Source of the DNA: an uncultured Acidimicrobiales bacterium
Lineage (GTDB): Bacteria; Actinomycetota; Acidimicrobiia; Acidimicrobiales; RAAP-2
DNA: 64,000 nt
Assembly (NCBI GenBank): GCA_963806285.1
Contig: CAWDXJ010000008.1
Span: 102,795 to 166,794, forward strand
Reading direction: 5' to 3'
The notes beneath the pieces are model-generated. The model was not told where the DNA came from. It saw only the letters and a list, made by a program, of their open reading frames with translations, and made no database searches. The position numbers were made by a program, and so were the translations under genes. Positions 63,948 to 64,000 of this stretch are shown in pieces. Each line of letters starts with the position of its first letter. Positions within the stretch are counted from its first letter, which is position 1.

Positions 63948-64000
63948 GTGCCTGAACCGCTCTGCCTGCTGACCGTCCACGCCCATCCCGACGACGAGTC
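63948..64000 (+). CDS. PIG-L/LmbE-family deacetylase (MshB-like), N-terminal fragment running off the window
   Basis: GTG-PEPLCLLTVHAHPDDE (the AHPDDE motif); TAGCGT -10-like box 7 nt upstream (63935-63940). Confidence 0.5.
   Translation, partial: MPEPLCLLTVHAHPDDE

Noticed and set aside
1-64000. Genuine reductive-evolution pseudogenisation (M. leprae style), or programmed frameshifting, as the cause of the broken genes.
   Set aside because: Disruptions hit indispensable single-copy genes (ffh, ftsY, smc, rpsP, trmD). They are nearly all 1-nt indels with no accumulation of in-frame stops or deletions, and they cluster in patches. Sequence error is far more likely, but only reads can settle it.

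Overview
Very GC-rich bacterial chromosomal segment (by eye about 70 percent GC, not computed). Gene content and order match a core housekeeping region of an Actinomycetota genome, possibly Acidimicrobiia-like. The supporting gene run is kgd, GTP-type pckG, thiL, rpmB, yloV-recG-rsmD-coaD, yceD-rpmF-plsX, acp-rnc-mutM-smc-ftsY-ffh-rpsP-KH-rimM-trmD-rplS, DUF2469-yraN-comM-dprA, nfo, a Zur-type metal ABC operon, fumC, two P450s and a pspA locus. All identifications rest on motifs I recognise in the six-frame translations; no searches were run. I call about 63 protein genes. I found no rRNA, tRNA, CRISPR array, transposase or integrase. The dominant technical property is that many genes, including essential single-copy ones (smc, ftsY, ffh, rpsP, trmD, rimM), are interrupted by single-base frame changes. 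These occur in patches, while other multi-kb blocks are clean. This looks like consensus indel error rather than gene decay, so boundaries of disrupted genes are approximate. Nothing here is a clear-cut new system. The best follow-up candidates are: (1) the pspA-pspAA-htpX-pspAB-ACT locus; (2) a Zc3h12a/NYN RNase fused to a Lys/Ala tail and an S1 domain; (3) a membrane-anchored MurF-like ligase next to ddl; (4) an intact DUF222-HNH plus SQR-like insert where xerC usually sits; (5) a tandem P450 pair; (6) recurring TANNNT -10 boxes 6-9 nt from start codons, implying leaderless mRNAs; (7) an unusual load of short tandem repeats inside housekeeping genes and in intergenic regions.
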